Shown one piece after another: positions 12,347 to 24,975 of a DNA stretch of 64,000 bases. The notes under the pieces are model-generated. The model was not told the origin of the DNA. It did no database searches and saw nothing but the letters and a program-made list of their open reading frames with translations. The position numbers were made by a program, and so were the translations under genes. The stretch is from Selaginella moellendorffii. Lineage: Eukaryota > Plantae > Lycopodiophyta. The stretch spans positions 248,001-312,000 of the forward strand of contig NW_003314334.1 in NCBI RefSeq assembly GCF_000143415.4. Reading direction: 5' to 3'. Each line of letters starts with the position of its first letter. The stretch's first letter is position 1.

Positions 12347-14789
12347 TTTGGTATCAGAGGAAGAGTCTCAGCGAGTACTATTCAATGAGATTGGGCAACT
12401 AGTCTCGTTGCATACGCAAAGATGAAAACGATGATCCGAGTGGGTACACGTTTTGGTGCAAAGACTTCGCAATGGTTCCTTGGGTATGGATATTGTTACC
12501 TTATTGTACCTTATGATGTGAGCTTGCGCTTGGGCTCATAGGATGGATTTGAGTTGTTCTGGTAGCATGAGTTTAAGCTTGAGCTCGTGAGTGAGGCACA
12601 TTAGCAACTCGAGGTTACACTTTGAGTTGGCAGGATTAATATTTGCCTATCGATGGTTCCATGAGTTGTTCCATGTACCGTGGGTGAAAGTAAACTTTCC
12701 CTGAGTTTGCTATGAGTGGCAAATAGGCTGGTCCGTAGCTGTTTAGCACGACACTAGTGGATCCTTCCTAGGCATGTTTACAAGTGGATCAATCAAGACT
12801 ATAGGGATTAGTCTATTGGTTCAAGTAGTCATGGCCGTGCTTTCTCATAAACTTTTCTTGGATTGAACTGAAGGCAGTGCAAAAGCAAGCTTGAGGTTTA
12901 GTCAAGATGAGGCCGGAAAGAGAGTCGTCAGGGACGAAGGATCAAATACGTAAATCATTTTCTCTTCTTGGAGAGATGATTTGCAATGAGGTGTTAACTC
13001 ATTGCTTGTGTTCACATTATGCAATCAAGAGTCCCTACCTTGATGCATGTTGGAGATGGTAGTCTTACAATGGTGAGTTGTGGGATGGATAGCAGTAAAG
13101 CGCTAAACCATTTTGTCTAAGCTTGCTATTGGAAGACTTGGGTTGCAATGCTCGATTCTTTTCTAGGGAACCTTGCTATTGCTCCTTGAGTAGCTTGGTG
13201 TTGGATTAGTTTTGAGTTTGGTCGGAAAGAGAGTGGCATGAGCTTGTCCATGTTGTGAACAAAAGTTAGTGGTGTTGGGTGTTGTAAATCTCTATTGATA
13301 GGGTGTGGCATTTATGTTGCATTTTGTTGAATTAAGTTAGCACTTGATATTCACATAAACCTTTACAGTAGTGACATGGGCATTTCTCATAGTGTTGCTT
13401 GATTGATGATCAAGTCATTGTGATTTATATCATATCCACGTGATAATAAGCAATGTGTTTACGAAGTTGCTTGGGTAAATGATGATCAACCCCAAAGTGG
13501 TTGATAGTGAAGCTAGTCTACTTGTACGAAGTAGCATTGTAGTAGTTTTGACTAGATTCTCAATGGTGGTCCATTATACTAAGCTTAAGTTGGTACCTTG
13601 TTTCCTTGAATTTACCCATAAGGTGTTGGAAAAGGGTTATAGCATTCACTTGCTATGACTTGTCGGTTGATCCGTTAGCACTTGGAGTAGATTGTTGGAT
13701 GGAGAAGATGTGTAATTGGGGCATTAACATCACTAGCACTTGTGTTAGTGGAGGTGGCATTGTTATTTCAAGTGATGAGGAAGTTTCCTTGGACCTTGAT
13801 TTTCCATGTCATTTTTCTTGTTAGTGTTTTGGCTTCACATTAGATCTTGAAGGTCGTTGAAGAAGAGTGTTAGTGCAATGTGGATATCCAAAGATGTGGT
13901 CTTCGTGATCAAGCCTTGGATGTTCATTTTGCACTTTGCGGAAGTTCGATGTTGGTTAAATGGGCAAAGATGTTCGATGCTTAAGCATGCTATATGGGTC
14001 ATGAGAATTGGTGTTGAGGTGAACCTGTGTGAAGTTGTTAGTAGGAGGAAGTTGGTTGAGTCTTGAAAGTTTGCATTCCTGGACTAAGAGTCATTCTTTC
14101 TCTAGGATGGAAATTTTCCACAAATTTTCTTAGACTTTTCCAATGGCTGATCTGTCGGTCACTTTGCTCGAAAACCAGTCCATTTTCGTAAACCAGTATA
14201 AACTAGTGAAGAGGTTGGAGTTGACTTTGGTTGGCTTGAACCTTAGTAAATAGTTTGTATGATGCGGCCTGAAAGGGATGCTAACTTTTGGGGCTAAGGC
14301 AATTGAGTTGGATAGAGTCTAGAGTTGATATAAAAAAGTGGCCGTTGCACTTTTCTCAGAAAGGTGACCCTTGTACCTTTCTTTTGTAGCGTGGTGCTTG
14401 GTGGTAGATTGCACCTTGCATTACGTTAGACTCTATGAGAGTAGTGAGCTCTCAGTGATCTTGACTTAGTCTTGGTAGCCCTGCACCTTGGCTGAGGATG
14501 GTGATGTCCAACTTAGTTGTTTGAGGTTGAGATGTTAGTACCCGTACTATAGCTTTGTCTATGAGGAGGTTGTGTACCGATATGAGTTCATCTCATGGTC
14601 TTCACTTTCGTTTCGGCTGAGTGTTGATCATGCATAGCTAGCCTCTTCAAGCGGTGGCCCGATCNNNNNNNNNNNNNNNNNNNNNNNNNNNNNNNNNNNN
14701 NNNNNNNNNNNNNNNNNNNNNNNNNNNNNNNNNNNNNNNNNNNNNNNNNNNNNNNNNNNNNNNNAGCTGGTACTACACTTAGATGAACT

Positions 14790-15810
14790 GCATCAGAGGA
14801 TACCAACAAAGTCACGCTAGGAGTAATATAATTGTTGATAATCTTGGAAGAAACCTCATAAAAATGTTAAACCATCAAAAGATAAATGTGCACTTGGATT
14901 ATCACATAGTGTACCATTTTGTGTTCCGCATCCACATAATATTGGATTGTTGCAATGGAAATCATCTCCTGGTGCACTGCAACAAGCCACTTTATAAGTT
15001 TTAAATCCATATTGATCCATATTTCATAAGCTCAGTGCGTGCAGAGAACCAATCAAAATAGTATAGTTCAATATCATCGTTCTGATTTTTAATATCATTC
15101 ACGATATCCAAAATAGCTTAATAATATTTGTAAGCTCAATAACATATTGCATACCCCCAATATCAACAAATTCTTGTAAATAGCCACGAGAACAATCTTG
15201 ACGAGGAAGATTCATCACCAGAAAATGTTTGGCACCAGAATTATATAAATCCATAATACTAGATTTAATGCCAGCCACCACAGATGGAATTGATATTTTC
15301 CATATTGCATACCATAATTAGGATTATTACCAATATAATAAAGTGCTTTATCTTTATGAAGTTGTAATATTGTTTATGTCATAGAAAACCTGAAACTTGC
15401 GTAGATAAAACATGAGAACAGAAGTATTATAATACTAGTTGGACGAACAGTCACTCCAAATTCAGGCCCATAAAATAAGTTCCATTGTAAGTCAAGCTAG
15501 GACGCTCAAAATCTCCAAGCTTGAGAGAACAAGCTAAATAATCAATACAAATATATCCATCCCCTGTCGTTTTTTTCCAAGTGTCACTCAATATGGCAAA
15601 TTTCCAGAGAGACTAAAAGCGCCAGCAGCAATTGCTTCAAGGTTGCGGTTGCCAGTATCAGAGAGTGAATCAGTAAAGCTAAAGATTGCTGAGGAACACA
15701 AGTGCCATTGAATTTTTTAGCATTATCACCACCTTTGAATCAAGGAGAATTGAAAAGAATGAACGGAAAGCCATGGAAAAAACAAAAAAGACTTGATGAA
15801 AACAATGACC
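14790..15810 (-). pseudogene. GDSL esterase/lipase pseudogene (copy A)
   Basis: Fragments AIFSFTDSLSDTGN (block I, Gly of GDSL changed to Thr) and IMDLYNSGAKHFLVMNLP; stops and frameshifts. Confidence 0.8.
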
Positions 15811-16059
15811 TTATATACGCAAGAGTGTGGTGTCATTTTTATCTGAAATGTTGATATTTTTGTGGGAATAATCTTTAAAATATATTTTTCTTTCTATACT
15901 AGTAACATAGGATTAATTCTCTTGTTTTTCCCATGTCAGCCTTTCTACATTCCAAATGCTACAAAATGACCACTATCCGCTAGCTAGAAAAGTTACTTGT
16001 ACGATGATGATCATGTCAGTGTTACCGGTTCATAAGTGTGGATAACAATACATATGCTC

Positions 16060-17439
16060 CTCCCTGCTCTGGATTCATCCTGAATACCATTTTTGCAGCA
16101 CGGCCCCCGTTCTGTAAGACTCTATGGCTGGCCCAAGCAAGCTAGTCCACTCCAAAACATCTGGAAAATATGGCAGGTTTGCAATGGCCTCATTGAGATG
16201 CCCTGACCGGCCCAACAGATCCACAAAGCATCGATTGGCTCCATTCCATAGTCTGCTACCACTGAAGCAAAGGCACTACCTTCCTCGCCTCACATTTCCA
16301 GTATGGCTGCAAGCCACCAGACCCAAAACAAAGCACGTCAAGTCCGGGAGGTGTGTCTTTAGAGAACCAAACAGTTCCAATGCCTCAAATGAGCTAGGGC
16401 TACCAGCATCCCGGCATATGAAACCATGTCAGGCACGGGAATCAGGGCCAGCAGCTTCAAATCTCTGCCCAGATGCCCATTACCGGCATATGCTGTCAGC
16501 ACAGTATTCCACGTGGCAGATTCGTGTTGGGGGAGACTTACAAACATTCTTATGGCCTTGGCCAGATGCCCATGCTGAGAATATGCCGAGAGCATTGTGT
16601 TGAAGGATAGGAGGCCTTGCTCTGGCACGGGGTTGAAGTGGTGCTGTATCTCCTCGATTCTGTACGCCACACTCTTGCTTTTCAAGAGCAGCATTGTGGT
16701 CCATGACACAAGATCCCTCTGTGGCATTTTCTCAAACACGCACGTTGACTGCTCTATGCAACTGTTGGCTGGCATATGCCGCAAGCATTGACAATGTCCC
16801 TAAAAACATGGTTGTTGTGCTTCTCTCTTCTAGGAAGTTTGTAGATTCCTCTACACGACCGGCACGGGCATACGCTGCCAGCATGCCATTCCACGTCGCC
16901 ACATTCCGCAAAGGAATACTGCCAAACAGCTGCTGGGAGAGATCCAGCCGTCCATTCTCGGAGCAGCCATGTCTCTCTCCGGCATTTGCTCAAAGACCCC
17001 AACCGCAGCCTCTACCTCTCCACACTGGGCAGTGGGCATACACACTGATCTGATCATTGTTGTGTCGCTCACCTCGTTTCTAGCGGGCATTTCCTCGAAC
17101 ATCTTCACTCACTCTTGCATATGCCCAGTCCGGGCATATCCCGCCAAGAGCACATTCCAAGGCATGACGCTCTTGTGGGGCAAAGATTCTCTGGGCTTCC
17201 TCCAAAACCCCGTTCAGTACGTAGGCATTGAGCAGGAGACCCCAGGAGAAGGAATCTTTTCTGGGGAGCGAGTCAAACACGCGGCGGGCATTAGAGACAG
17301 TAGAGCACCTCCCGTACATCTGGATGAGCTTGTTGCAAAGGAAGATATCGCCGCTAGTGATGGATTGGATCCTGGAGTGAGCTTGGAGAGCTTGAGATGG
17401 AGTTGCACAGCATTGGATGAGCTCCAAGCACCCAGTCAT
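16060..17439 (-). pseudogene. PLS-class pentatricopeptide repeat pseudogene (copy A)
   Basis: Motifs LIQMYGRCSTVSNARRVFDSLPRKDSFSW, FEKMPQRDLVSWTTML and SFNTMLSAYSQHGH lie in different frames. Confidence 0.85.
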
Positions 17440-17479
17440 TCTTTCATTCTTTGTGAGTTTAGGGTTTTAGAAGGAAGCA
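17440..17479. promoter_or_regulatory. 40-bp divergent intergenic spacer with a telo-box (AAACCCTA on the minus strand, 17460-17467)
   Basis: Lies between the PPR ATG (17439, -) and the PRMT7 ATG (17480, +). Confidence 0.5.
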
Positions 17480-19806
17480 ATGCTCCAGCAGCGGGTGAAT
17501 GCGCTCACGGGGGAGAGCGAATGGATTCTCGTTGGCGATGGAGGCGACGGCGGCGATGCGAGCGATCCCCTGGCAGAGAGCTCGTATCTTGACATGCTGA
17601 ATGATCGCGCCAGGAACAGGGCATTCTCTTCAGCAATCGCGAAGGTCGGCCGCCATGGCCATGTCCTGGACATTGGGTGAGGCTAGAGAGATCCTTCTTT
17701 CGTTTCCTGAGCTCGTTCTTGACAGTGCTGGCACTGGGCTCTTGTCGCTCATGGCTTGGCGGGCAATGGAAGAGCAGTGCCAGGTGACTGCTTGCGAATC
17801 TTTTCTTCCAATGTACAAGCTGGCTCGCAAAGTTTGCCGAGACAATGGGACGATGGGAGCGATCAAGCTGCTCCATATGGGCTCGGATGAGATCAAAGTC
17901 GGGGTGGACATCTCTAGCAAAGCCGATGCATTGGTACGCTAAGTCTGTACACATTCTTCTTCTTCGTTTCCTCTGGACTCTTTGTCTCTCCAGGTGTGTG
18001 AGATTTTAGACTCGGAGTTGCTTGGAGAAGGGATCATTCCAAGTCTAAGGAACGCTCATGAGCATTTACTCCGGCCTAATGCTGCCACAGTGCCATATCG
18101 AGCTACTGTGTATGCCCAGGTATATAGCAAAGTCTTTTTTCTTAGCTCAGTGTTGAGTTTACTTCTTTCTCTTAGCTAGTCGAGAGCGACTTTCTCTGGA
18201 GATTGCACGACCTTCAAGGGGTAGAAGACCAGCTGCAGGACGGATTGGCTTTCGCTCCCAATGATTTCTACTCTTACTTCAAGCACAGACAGCATGCGTT
18301 TCACGTTGATGAAATCCCCGGTATGAAGCTGGTAATTTAGTAGAGTTCTCTTACAAGTTACCAAAACCCGTGGCGCTGCAGCTTTCCGAGCCGTTTGAGG
18401 CCTTCGTTCTTGACTTCTATAGAGCTCCAGATGTGCGTGGAGAATTTAATCAAGCCGTGCATGTCAACTTCTCTGGGACTGCTCACGCAATAGTTTCATG
18501 GTACGAAACTTGCTCGGATTCGCTACTTCTTGGTTCGCTTTCTTCTCTGCTTGAACTTGACAAGGTGGGTGCTGCAGCTTGACAAAGATGGCCTGGTTTG
18601 CTACTCAACTGCTCCTCGTTGGATCAGAGGTTTGTTTTCCTGTTCGATTCTTTGAGTAACTCCGCAGATTTGTGTTCTCAGGGGCAAGCGAGTGGTGTGA
18701 CCATTGGAAACAATGTGTGTGGTTTCTTCCTGGACAAGGTGTTTCGGTGGAGGAGCAGTCGGAGCTTCGCGTCGTAGTCAGCCATGATGAAGCGTCAGTG
18801 CGGTATGACATCAATGGTGGTGTATGCTGTAATAGTTCAGCGTCTGGTTTCGAGCTGAGCCTACAAAGGTGTCGCATGCTTGGTGACGGTAGCAGGCGTT
18901 CTATCATACAGTCTGCCATTCAGAAAGCTGTAAGTGTGTTTTGAATCTGTGAGTACGATTGTTTCTTTTTCTTTCTGTCCAGCTTGGAGAACGAGAACTT
19001 GGAAACTGTCTCATTCGGGATGACGGCCTGATGAGCGCCGTGTGTGCTCTATCTACAGCGCATGGATCCTGCCATGTGGCTGGCTTGTTTCCAGGCTGTA
19101 GAAGAGATGGCTTGAAGTACTTGGAGAGCGTCGCGAGCAAGCTGTCTATTATACACAAAGACGGCAAGCATCTCACTGGGGACGATTTCAAGGGGCATAA
19201 AGTATACAGTCTTGCAACTCCATTGGATATGGACGGGTTTCTTTCTTTTCGCGACAGGTGGATGTTCTTCTAGGGGAGCCTTATTACGCCACGTACGAGC
19301 ATGCGTTGCCGTGGAAGCAGCTTCGGTTTTGGTTCGTTTTCGTTTCGTTTTCTAAAGAGTTGGAAGTTGTTTTAAAGCAGTGAGAATCCAGGTACGAGAG
19401 AACGACGCTAAGTCCGTTGCTATCAGAGAACCCTATTATAGTTCCCTGCTTTGGAATTCTCTATGGGATGGCTTGTCATCTTCCTGTAAGTTGATTATTT
19501 TCTCTGCAGTGACTTTGGTTTCATGTTGGCTAAATCAGGATTTGTGGCAAAGCCGCTGTCGCCTTGAAGAAGTCGATGGCTTTGATCACAGGTCATTGAC
19601 AAAACCGTTTTCGCTGCTCGAGTTCAACATGCGTCAGGAAGAGTCTAAGTGGATTTGCAAAGGTTATTCAATTCTGTCCTCTTTGGTACCACTTAATGTT
19701 TTCTGCTACTTTTGCACAGGTTAGCGTTGTAAAGACTGGGCTCTGCCATGGAGTTGTCCTGTGGATGGACTGGGTGATGGATCCCGAGAACAAGGATTTG
19801 GTACTT
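17480..19806 (+). pseudogene. PRMT7: Protein arginine methyltransferase 7 homolog, multi-exon, 3'-truncated (copy A)
   Basis: SYLDMLND, VLDIG|AGTGLL (49-nt intron 17677-17725), VTACESFLPM, EILDSELLGEG and WCDHWKQCVW match plant PRMT7. Has a 5-bp deletion near 19640, and the last exon is lost at the 19806/19807 junction. Confidence 0.85.
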
Positions 19807-20021
19807 AGCAATCCAACACACCTCAAATTGGGAACAAGCAAAGCTTTTGATTGCAAGGTATGCATACAATGCCTCTCTATAGTGGAGTCTCTGAAGTTTC
19901 TAGATCTATAGTAGATTTGAGAGCCTAGGATTGTTTACTTCAGTCTTGAGAACAATGGATTATAGCAAGCAGCCTTATTCATTCATAATAGTAATGCCCA
20001 TAACTAGTTTCAGCAACTAGA

Positions 20022-20860
20022 CTAGACAGGCAGAGCGATACCCCCTGCAGCGCAGAGATCAGCTCCGGTGTTGCGATCGTAGAGACTGCAGCCCTCTTTC
20101 ATGTCCTCGCAGCTGCGGCGTGCATTCCTGCAAGACTGCAGGGTGGTGCCCTGAAAAGTTACAGACTTGGCACAAATGGACACTCTGGGCAGGCAAACGA
20201 GGGCGCAAACCCCCATGGGGTCTTCAGTAGGCAGGCAGGTGCTGTTTGCGGATGGATTCTCCAAGTAGATGCAACCGGATTTCCCGAAGCAGCAACCACA
20301 GTTATCTTTGGAGACCTCGGCATTGCAGACCTCCACAATCGAATCAAGCTTACACTTCCTTCCTGCCATGAGCTCTATCGGAGAGGGCTGAGCTTCCTGA
20401 ACATAATGAACAAGGCGGTTACCTTGATCTGTGCCCTGCTGCTCCAGCCGCGGGATGGGGTCACCGTTAACGATGTTGTAGTAACCGCATCCAGGTTGTC
20501 GGGGTGGGAGTTTTCCCTTGAGCACCTTGATGCCTGATGTTGGGAATCCTGATGAAGGCAATGGGCATACGGCCAACTTCGGACCTTGGCACTCCCGGGT
20601 ACAAGCCCTTGAATCACCGCCAATGCAAGTGACTTGTCCTGAACCAGGTTGCAGATAGACACAACCTTTCTTCAGACTACAGCAGTTGCTGCAATCGGTA
20701 TAGGTGAGGTCACCATTGCAAACCTCGACGACACCACCTTGAGCAGCTGCAAGAACAGGAGTCCGAGTTAGAATCGAACATACAAGTGGAGATCTCTCTC
20801 ACAGGATAACGAGGCCAACAGAAGAAGAACGAGCACGGGGAGATTGCCGCTTCCAGCCAT
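20022..20860 (-). CDS. Secreted multi-domain Cys-rich protein, potato type II (Pin-II/I20) proteinase-inhibitor-like; 2 exons (copy 1, P1 Arg)
   Basis: Signal peptide MAGSGNLPVLVLLLLASLS with a phase-1 56-nt intron; CSNCC..KKGC...C...ACTRECQ..AVCP pattern; 260 aa after splicing. Confidence 0.75.
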
Positions 20861-20967
20861 ACTTCTCTATTGCAGATCTGATGGGCTTTTGAAGTCCAGC
20901 ATTGGTGCTTTAGAAATGTTCAAAACGTGTGTCCTTGACACAATGGATATCTTAATGCAGTAAGATA

Positions 20968-21067
20968 AGCCCTCTCACCACGGATGTGACGGGCGAGCTG
21001 AATGTCCTTTGGCAATGCCAAAGGACATCTAATGCCAAATTGGCATTAGATAGTGGCTTGCTTTGCG
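20968..21067 (-). pseudogene. Histone H3 C-terminal fragment with a fold-back insertion
   Basis: Encodes PKDIQLARHIRGERA-like peptide; also at ~32990, ~34055 (-) and ~54415-54515 (+). Confidence 0.75.
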
Positions 21068-21499
21068 AAGATTCACCGGTAAAATGCGGGAACAATGCCC
21101 AGTCTCAGCACAAAAACAAATATCAGCTCCAGTGTTGCAAACGTAGAGATTGCAGCCCTTGATAGAATGAGCGGACCGAAGCTGGAGAGCCTAGGCCTGA
21201 AAAACGATCAGGCACGGTTGCAAGGGTGCAGGGTAACAAGTTGCATACGGTGGCAATTTATTTTGGAAAAATGCTCGTCTCGACCATTTTGATTTTTTAT
21301 ATTCATTTTCTGTTGTCACATATATTGTCTGTATTGAAAACATATATGCCACTAGCAACCCTTGTACCAGGGGTGCTACCCCGATCGATTTTTTGCTCTT
21401 AGGTAGGGAAAGCTGGATTACTCCTGTGTTGAGAGCTCATAAAATAGAGTAAATGGCAGCATCTGTTAGAACTAAGCTGAACATGCACACAACCAAGGC

Positions 21500-22250
21500 A
21501 GGTAGCTCACTGGTAGAGCACCTGGCACCGGTGTAGGAGGTCCTGCCTGTCCAGCCATTTTCCAACGGCATCCATCCCTCCAGCTGGCTGAAAGTTTGGA
21601 TCCCAGGACCATTTTGCACTAACAATGCAAACTTTAATTGAACCAGGCCATGGGGAAGAGTCAACCATTGAACCCAAGCATGATCAATAACAAGGACTCG
21701 ACGCAAAGAGTTTCTTCAATTCTCATATTGGTGTTGGTACAGTGGTTCACATTGAGTTGGTAGCTTCCCAGACAACTTGTTTGGTTGCTGCTAAAGTTCC
21801 TTGATGGAACACTGCCTTCAAACCTGTTGTTGGTCGCATTGGAGCTGAAATTTTTGGAAGGCTCACCCGAGAAGATGGCCTCCCAGTTTGTTGGAGTTTA
21901 ACAGAAGTATGCTCGGAAAGCTGAGAGGAATGCTGCCTTGTAGGTGACTAATATCTGCCGAATCTCAGGAGAGCTGAACAAGCTAGAAGCAGTTAGAGAG
22001 TTCCTAATCCCTGCAAGCTGGAATAGTTGGTTTATGAATATCTATCAAATCCATCAAATCCAATGCACCTTCACTGAAAATGTCAACACAGTGAGCCATT
22101 TCCTCCAAACACAGTAGGTGTAATGGGACCAATGTCGTACTTGGCACTGTCCATAAACCATGGCTACAACAAAATAGCAATCGTTGGCATTGCTTTGGCT
22201 TGTACATGTGATCTGAAATATGTCCTGCCAGCCCACGAGAGAACGAGCTT
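21500..22250 (-). pseudogene. Leucine-rich-repeat receptor-like remnant (also ~34590-35340 -, ~45490-46240 +, ~61700-62390 +)
   Basis: Fragments HLQGSIP, LLLNSNKLGG, NNRFEGSVP and NKLSGKLP fit the plant LRR consensus LxxNxLxGxIP; many frameshifts. Confidence 0.6.
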
Positions 22251-22259
22251 TTTAAATGC

Positions 22260-23112
22260 TTGAAAACGTTTACTGTTTGGAACGTACATAGGATGAAGTT
22301 ATCGCCTCTGACGGTGAATCCAAAGCCCTCTCTCCAGATTGTCGCGAGTTTTACAAGTTCCCAGCAAGACACAACCTCACTGGCTGGACGAATCCAGAGC
22401 ATGGCCCGTGGTGATTCGGCCTCTTTTGTTTTGCGTGGTTTACTCCCAAAGCCGGAGATCAACTTTCATGCTGGGATGCTGGCCGGTGTAACCTTGGGGA
22501 CGGTGTCTGGTGACGAGTTATTGCAGGGGCCGAGCCTGACCGAATCAACTGGTAAGCTAGAAGTTTTTTTCGTATTTACGTATTCGCTGACTGATACTTT
22601 ATTCCAGCGGCTTCGACATGGTCCGTAGCCAACGCCACGGCATTTGGACAGTGGATACAGAGCAGAGGCTCCATCTCTCCCGTTGCATCCGGCTACGTCA
22701 TCTCCGGCCCGACCACAGCTCTACGAGCCGAGGTTGTTCATGTTTCCATGGAGGAGGAATGGCCGAGGACGCTCCAGAACGGTCTCGTAGCACACTTCGG
22801 CTCCTCCAAGGCTCGAGACAGGAGATGCAAGGGATGCGTCTGGGTGGGAATGGCTTGTGTGACAACGCCGGTAGTAGCAGCAGTGTGGGCACAGGAAAGC
22901 CAGGGAGCAGCAGCGGCATCAAGCTGCAAATCCGCTACGTTCTAGAGCAACTTGGAGCGGAATTTTATGGCCTCTCGTGGCTGACCATCAGTCCCATGTA
23001 TCTCCACCGGCATCCAGTGCTGCCTTACCACTGCGGCGTAGTGCTGCGGCTGGAGAAGCTACTGGATTACCCGGAGGCACCACCACCGCCGCCGCCGCCG
23101 CCGCCGTTATGA
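22260..23112 (+). pseudogene. Degenerate gene remnant, possibly LRR-RLK/RLP-derived (also 35348-36200 +, 44638-45481 -, 60777-61714 -)
   Basis: GT-AG intron ~22552-22607; weak LRRNT-like and GGNGLC motifs; poly-Pro tail of variable length. Confidence 0.3.
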
Positions 23113-23484
23113 TTATGTACATACGATGTTTAAAACGACAGTATAAATATACGTATTCTTATTAAGCAAAGGGAAGATTAAAAAAAAAAGAGTTTAGCCT
23201 TTGTTCATTAACCATCTCTTCTTTGTTGAGCATACAATGGCGGACTCAAGGGGCTCTTTTCCAGACGTATCACGCTAAACCGGTTAAAGACCGATCGATG
23301 CTTAACCTCACAACAATGCACAGCCATATTTCTTGCTGATATCGGTTCTAAGCCAAGGCGCATTGGCCAATGTCGCATTGCTGGATTCCTACCACTTTCG
23401 ATGAAACTGCATTCTCTCTCGATCAGCCAAAACACCAAGCTATCTTTTAAAATAAAATAATAGAAATTATAAGAACTAAATTTC

Positions 23485-23836
23485 AGAGGATACCCAACAA
23501 AGTCACGCTAGGAGTAATATAATTGTTGATAATCTTGGAAGAAACCTCATAAAAATGTTAAACCATCAAAAGATAAATGTGCACTTGGATTATCACATAG
23601 TGTACCATTTTGTGTTCCGCATCCACATAATATTGGATTGTTGCAATGGAAATCATCTCCTGGTGCACTGCAACAAGCCACTTTATAAGTTTTAAATCCA
23701 TATTGATCCATATTTCATAAGCTCAGTGCGTGCAGAGAACCAATCAAAATAGTATAGTTCAATATCATCGTTCTGATTTTTAATATCATTCACGATATCC
23801 AAAATAGCTTAATAATATTTGTAAGCTCAATAACAT
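23485..23836 (-). pseudogene. GDSL lipase 3' fragment (copy B)
   Basis: Matches 14795-15146, then jumps to PPR sequence (~1.1-kb deletion, CATA microhomology). Confidence 0.7.
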
Positions 23837-24935
23837 AGTCTGCTACCACTGAAGCAAAGGCACTACCTTCCTCGCCTCACATTTCCAGTATGGCTGCAAG
23901 CCACCAGACCCAAAACAAAGCACGTCAAGTCCGGGAGGTGGAGTGTCTTTAGAGAACCAAACAGTTCCAATGCCTCAAATGAGCTAGGGCTACCAGCATC
24001 CCGGCATATGAAACCATGTCAGGCACGGGAATCAGGGCCAGCAGCTTCAAATCTCTGCCCAGATGCCCATTACCGGCATATGCTGTCAGCACAGTATTCC
24101 ACGTGGCAGATTCGTGTTGGGGGAGACTTACAAACATTCTTATGGCCTTGGTCAGATGCCCATGCTGAGAATATGCCGAGAGCATTGTGTTGAAGGATAG
24201 GAGGCCTTGCTCTGGCACGGGGTTGAAGTTGTGCTGTATCTCCTCGATTCCGTACGCCACACTTGCTTTTCAAGAGCAGCATTGTGGTCCATGACACAAG
24301 ATCCCTCTGTGGCATTTTCTCAAACACGCACGTTGACTGCTCTATGCAACTGTGACTGGCATATGCCGCAAACATTGAGTTCCAGGAGACAATGTCCCTA
24401 AAAACATGGTTGTTGTGCATGAAACCAGGCTTCTTTCTGGCATCTCTTCTAGGAAGTTTGTAGATTCCTCTACACGACCGGCACGGGCATACGCTGCCAG
24501 CATGCCATTCCACGTCGCCACATCAAAGGAATACTGCCAAACAGCTGCTGGGAGAGATCCAGCCGTCCATTCTCGGAGCATGCCGCAGACTCGAACATCT
24601 TGACGCACTCTTGCATATGCCCAGTCCGGGCATATCCCGCCAAGGGCACATTCCAAGGCATGACGCTCTTGTGGGGCAAAGATTCTCTGGGCTTCCTCCA
24701 AAACCCCGTTCAGTACGTAGGCATTGAGCAGGAGATCCCAGGAGAAGGAATCTTTTCTGGGGAGCGAGTCAAACACGCGGCGGGCATTAGAGACAGTAGA
24801 GCACCTCCCGTACATCTGGATGAGCTTGTTGCAAAGGAAGATATCGCCGCTAGTGATGGATTGGATCCTGGAGTGAGCTTGGAGAGCTTGAGATGGAGTT
24901 GCACAGCATTGGATGAGCTCCAAGCACCCAGTCAT
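23837..24935 (-). pseudogene. PPR pseudogene (copy B)
   Basis: Paralog of copy A with different small deletions. Confidence 0.8.
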
Positions 24936-24975
24936 TCTTTCATTCTTTGTGAGTTTAGGGTTTTAGAAGGAAGCA

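Larger units (their letters stand above)
1..14651 (+). mobile_element. Tandem array of a non-autonomous (LARD-like) Ty3/gypsy-type LTR retroelement, ~6124-bp period, adjacent copies sharing LTRs
   Basis: Near-identical sequence at 1/6125/11012. Each unit is PPT (AAGGGGGGGAGAG), TG..CA LTR, PBS TGGTATCAGAG and a ~5-kb internal region with no long ORF. N gaps at 7855-7954 and 14665-14764. Confidence 0.85.

Noticed and set aside
64-14815. Many 60-98 aa ORFs in the tandem array
   Set aside because: No domain motifs; they recur only because the DNA is repeated, and SNPs or indels break them between copies
17458-17470. Interstitial telomere
   Set aside because: Only one to two TTTAGGG-like units; better read as a telo-box
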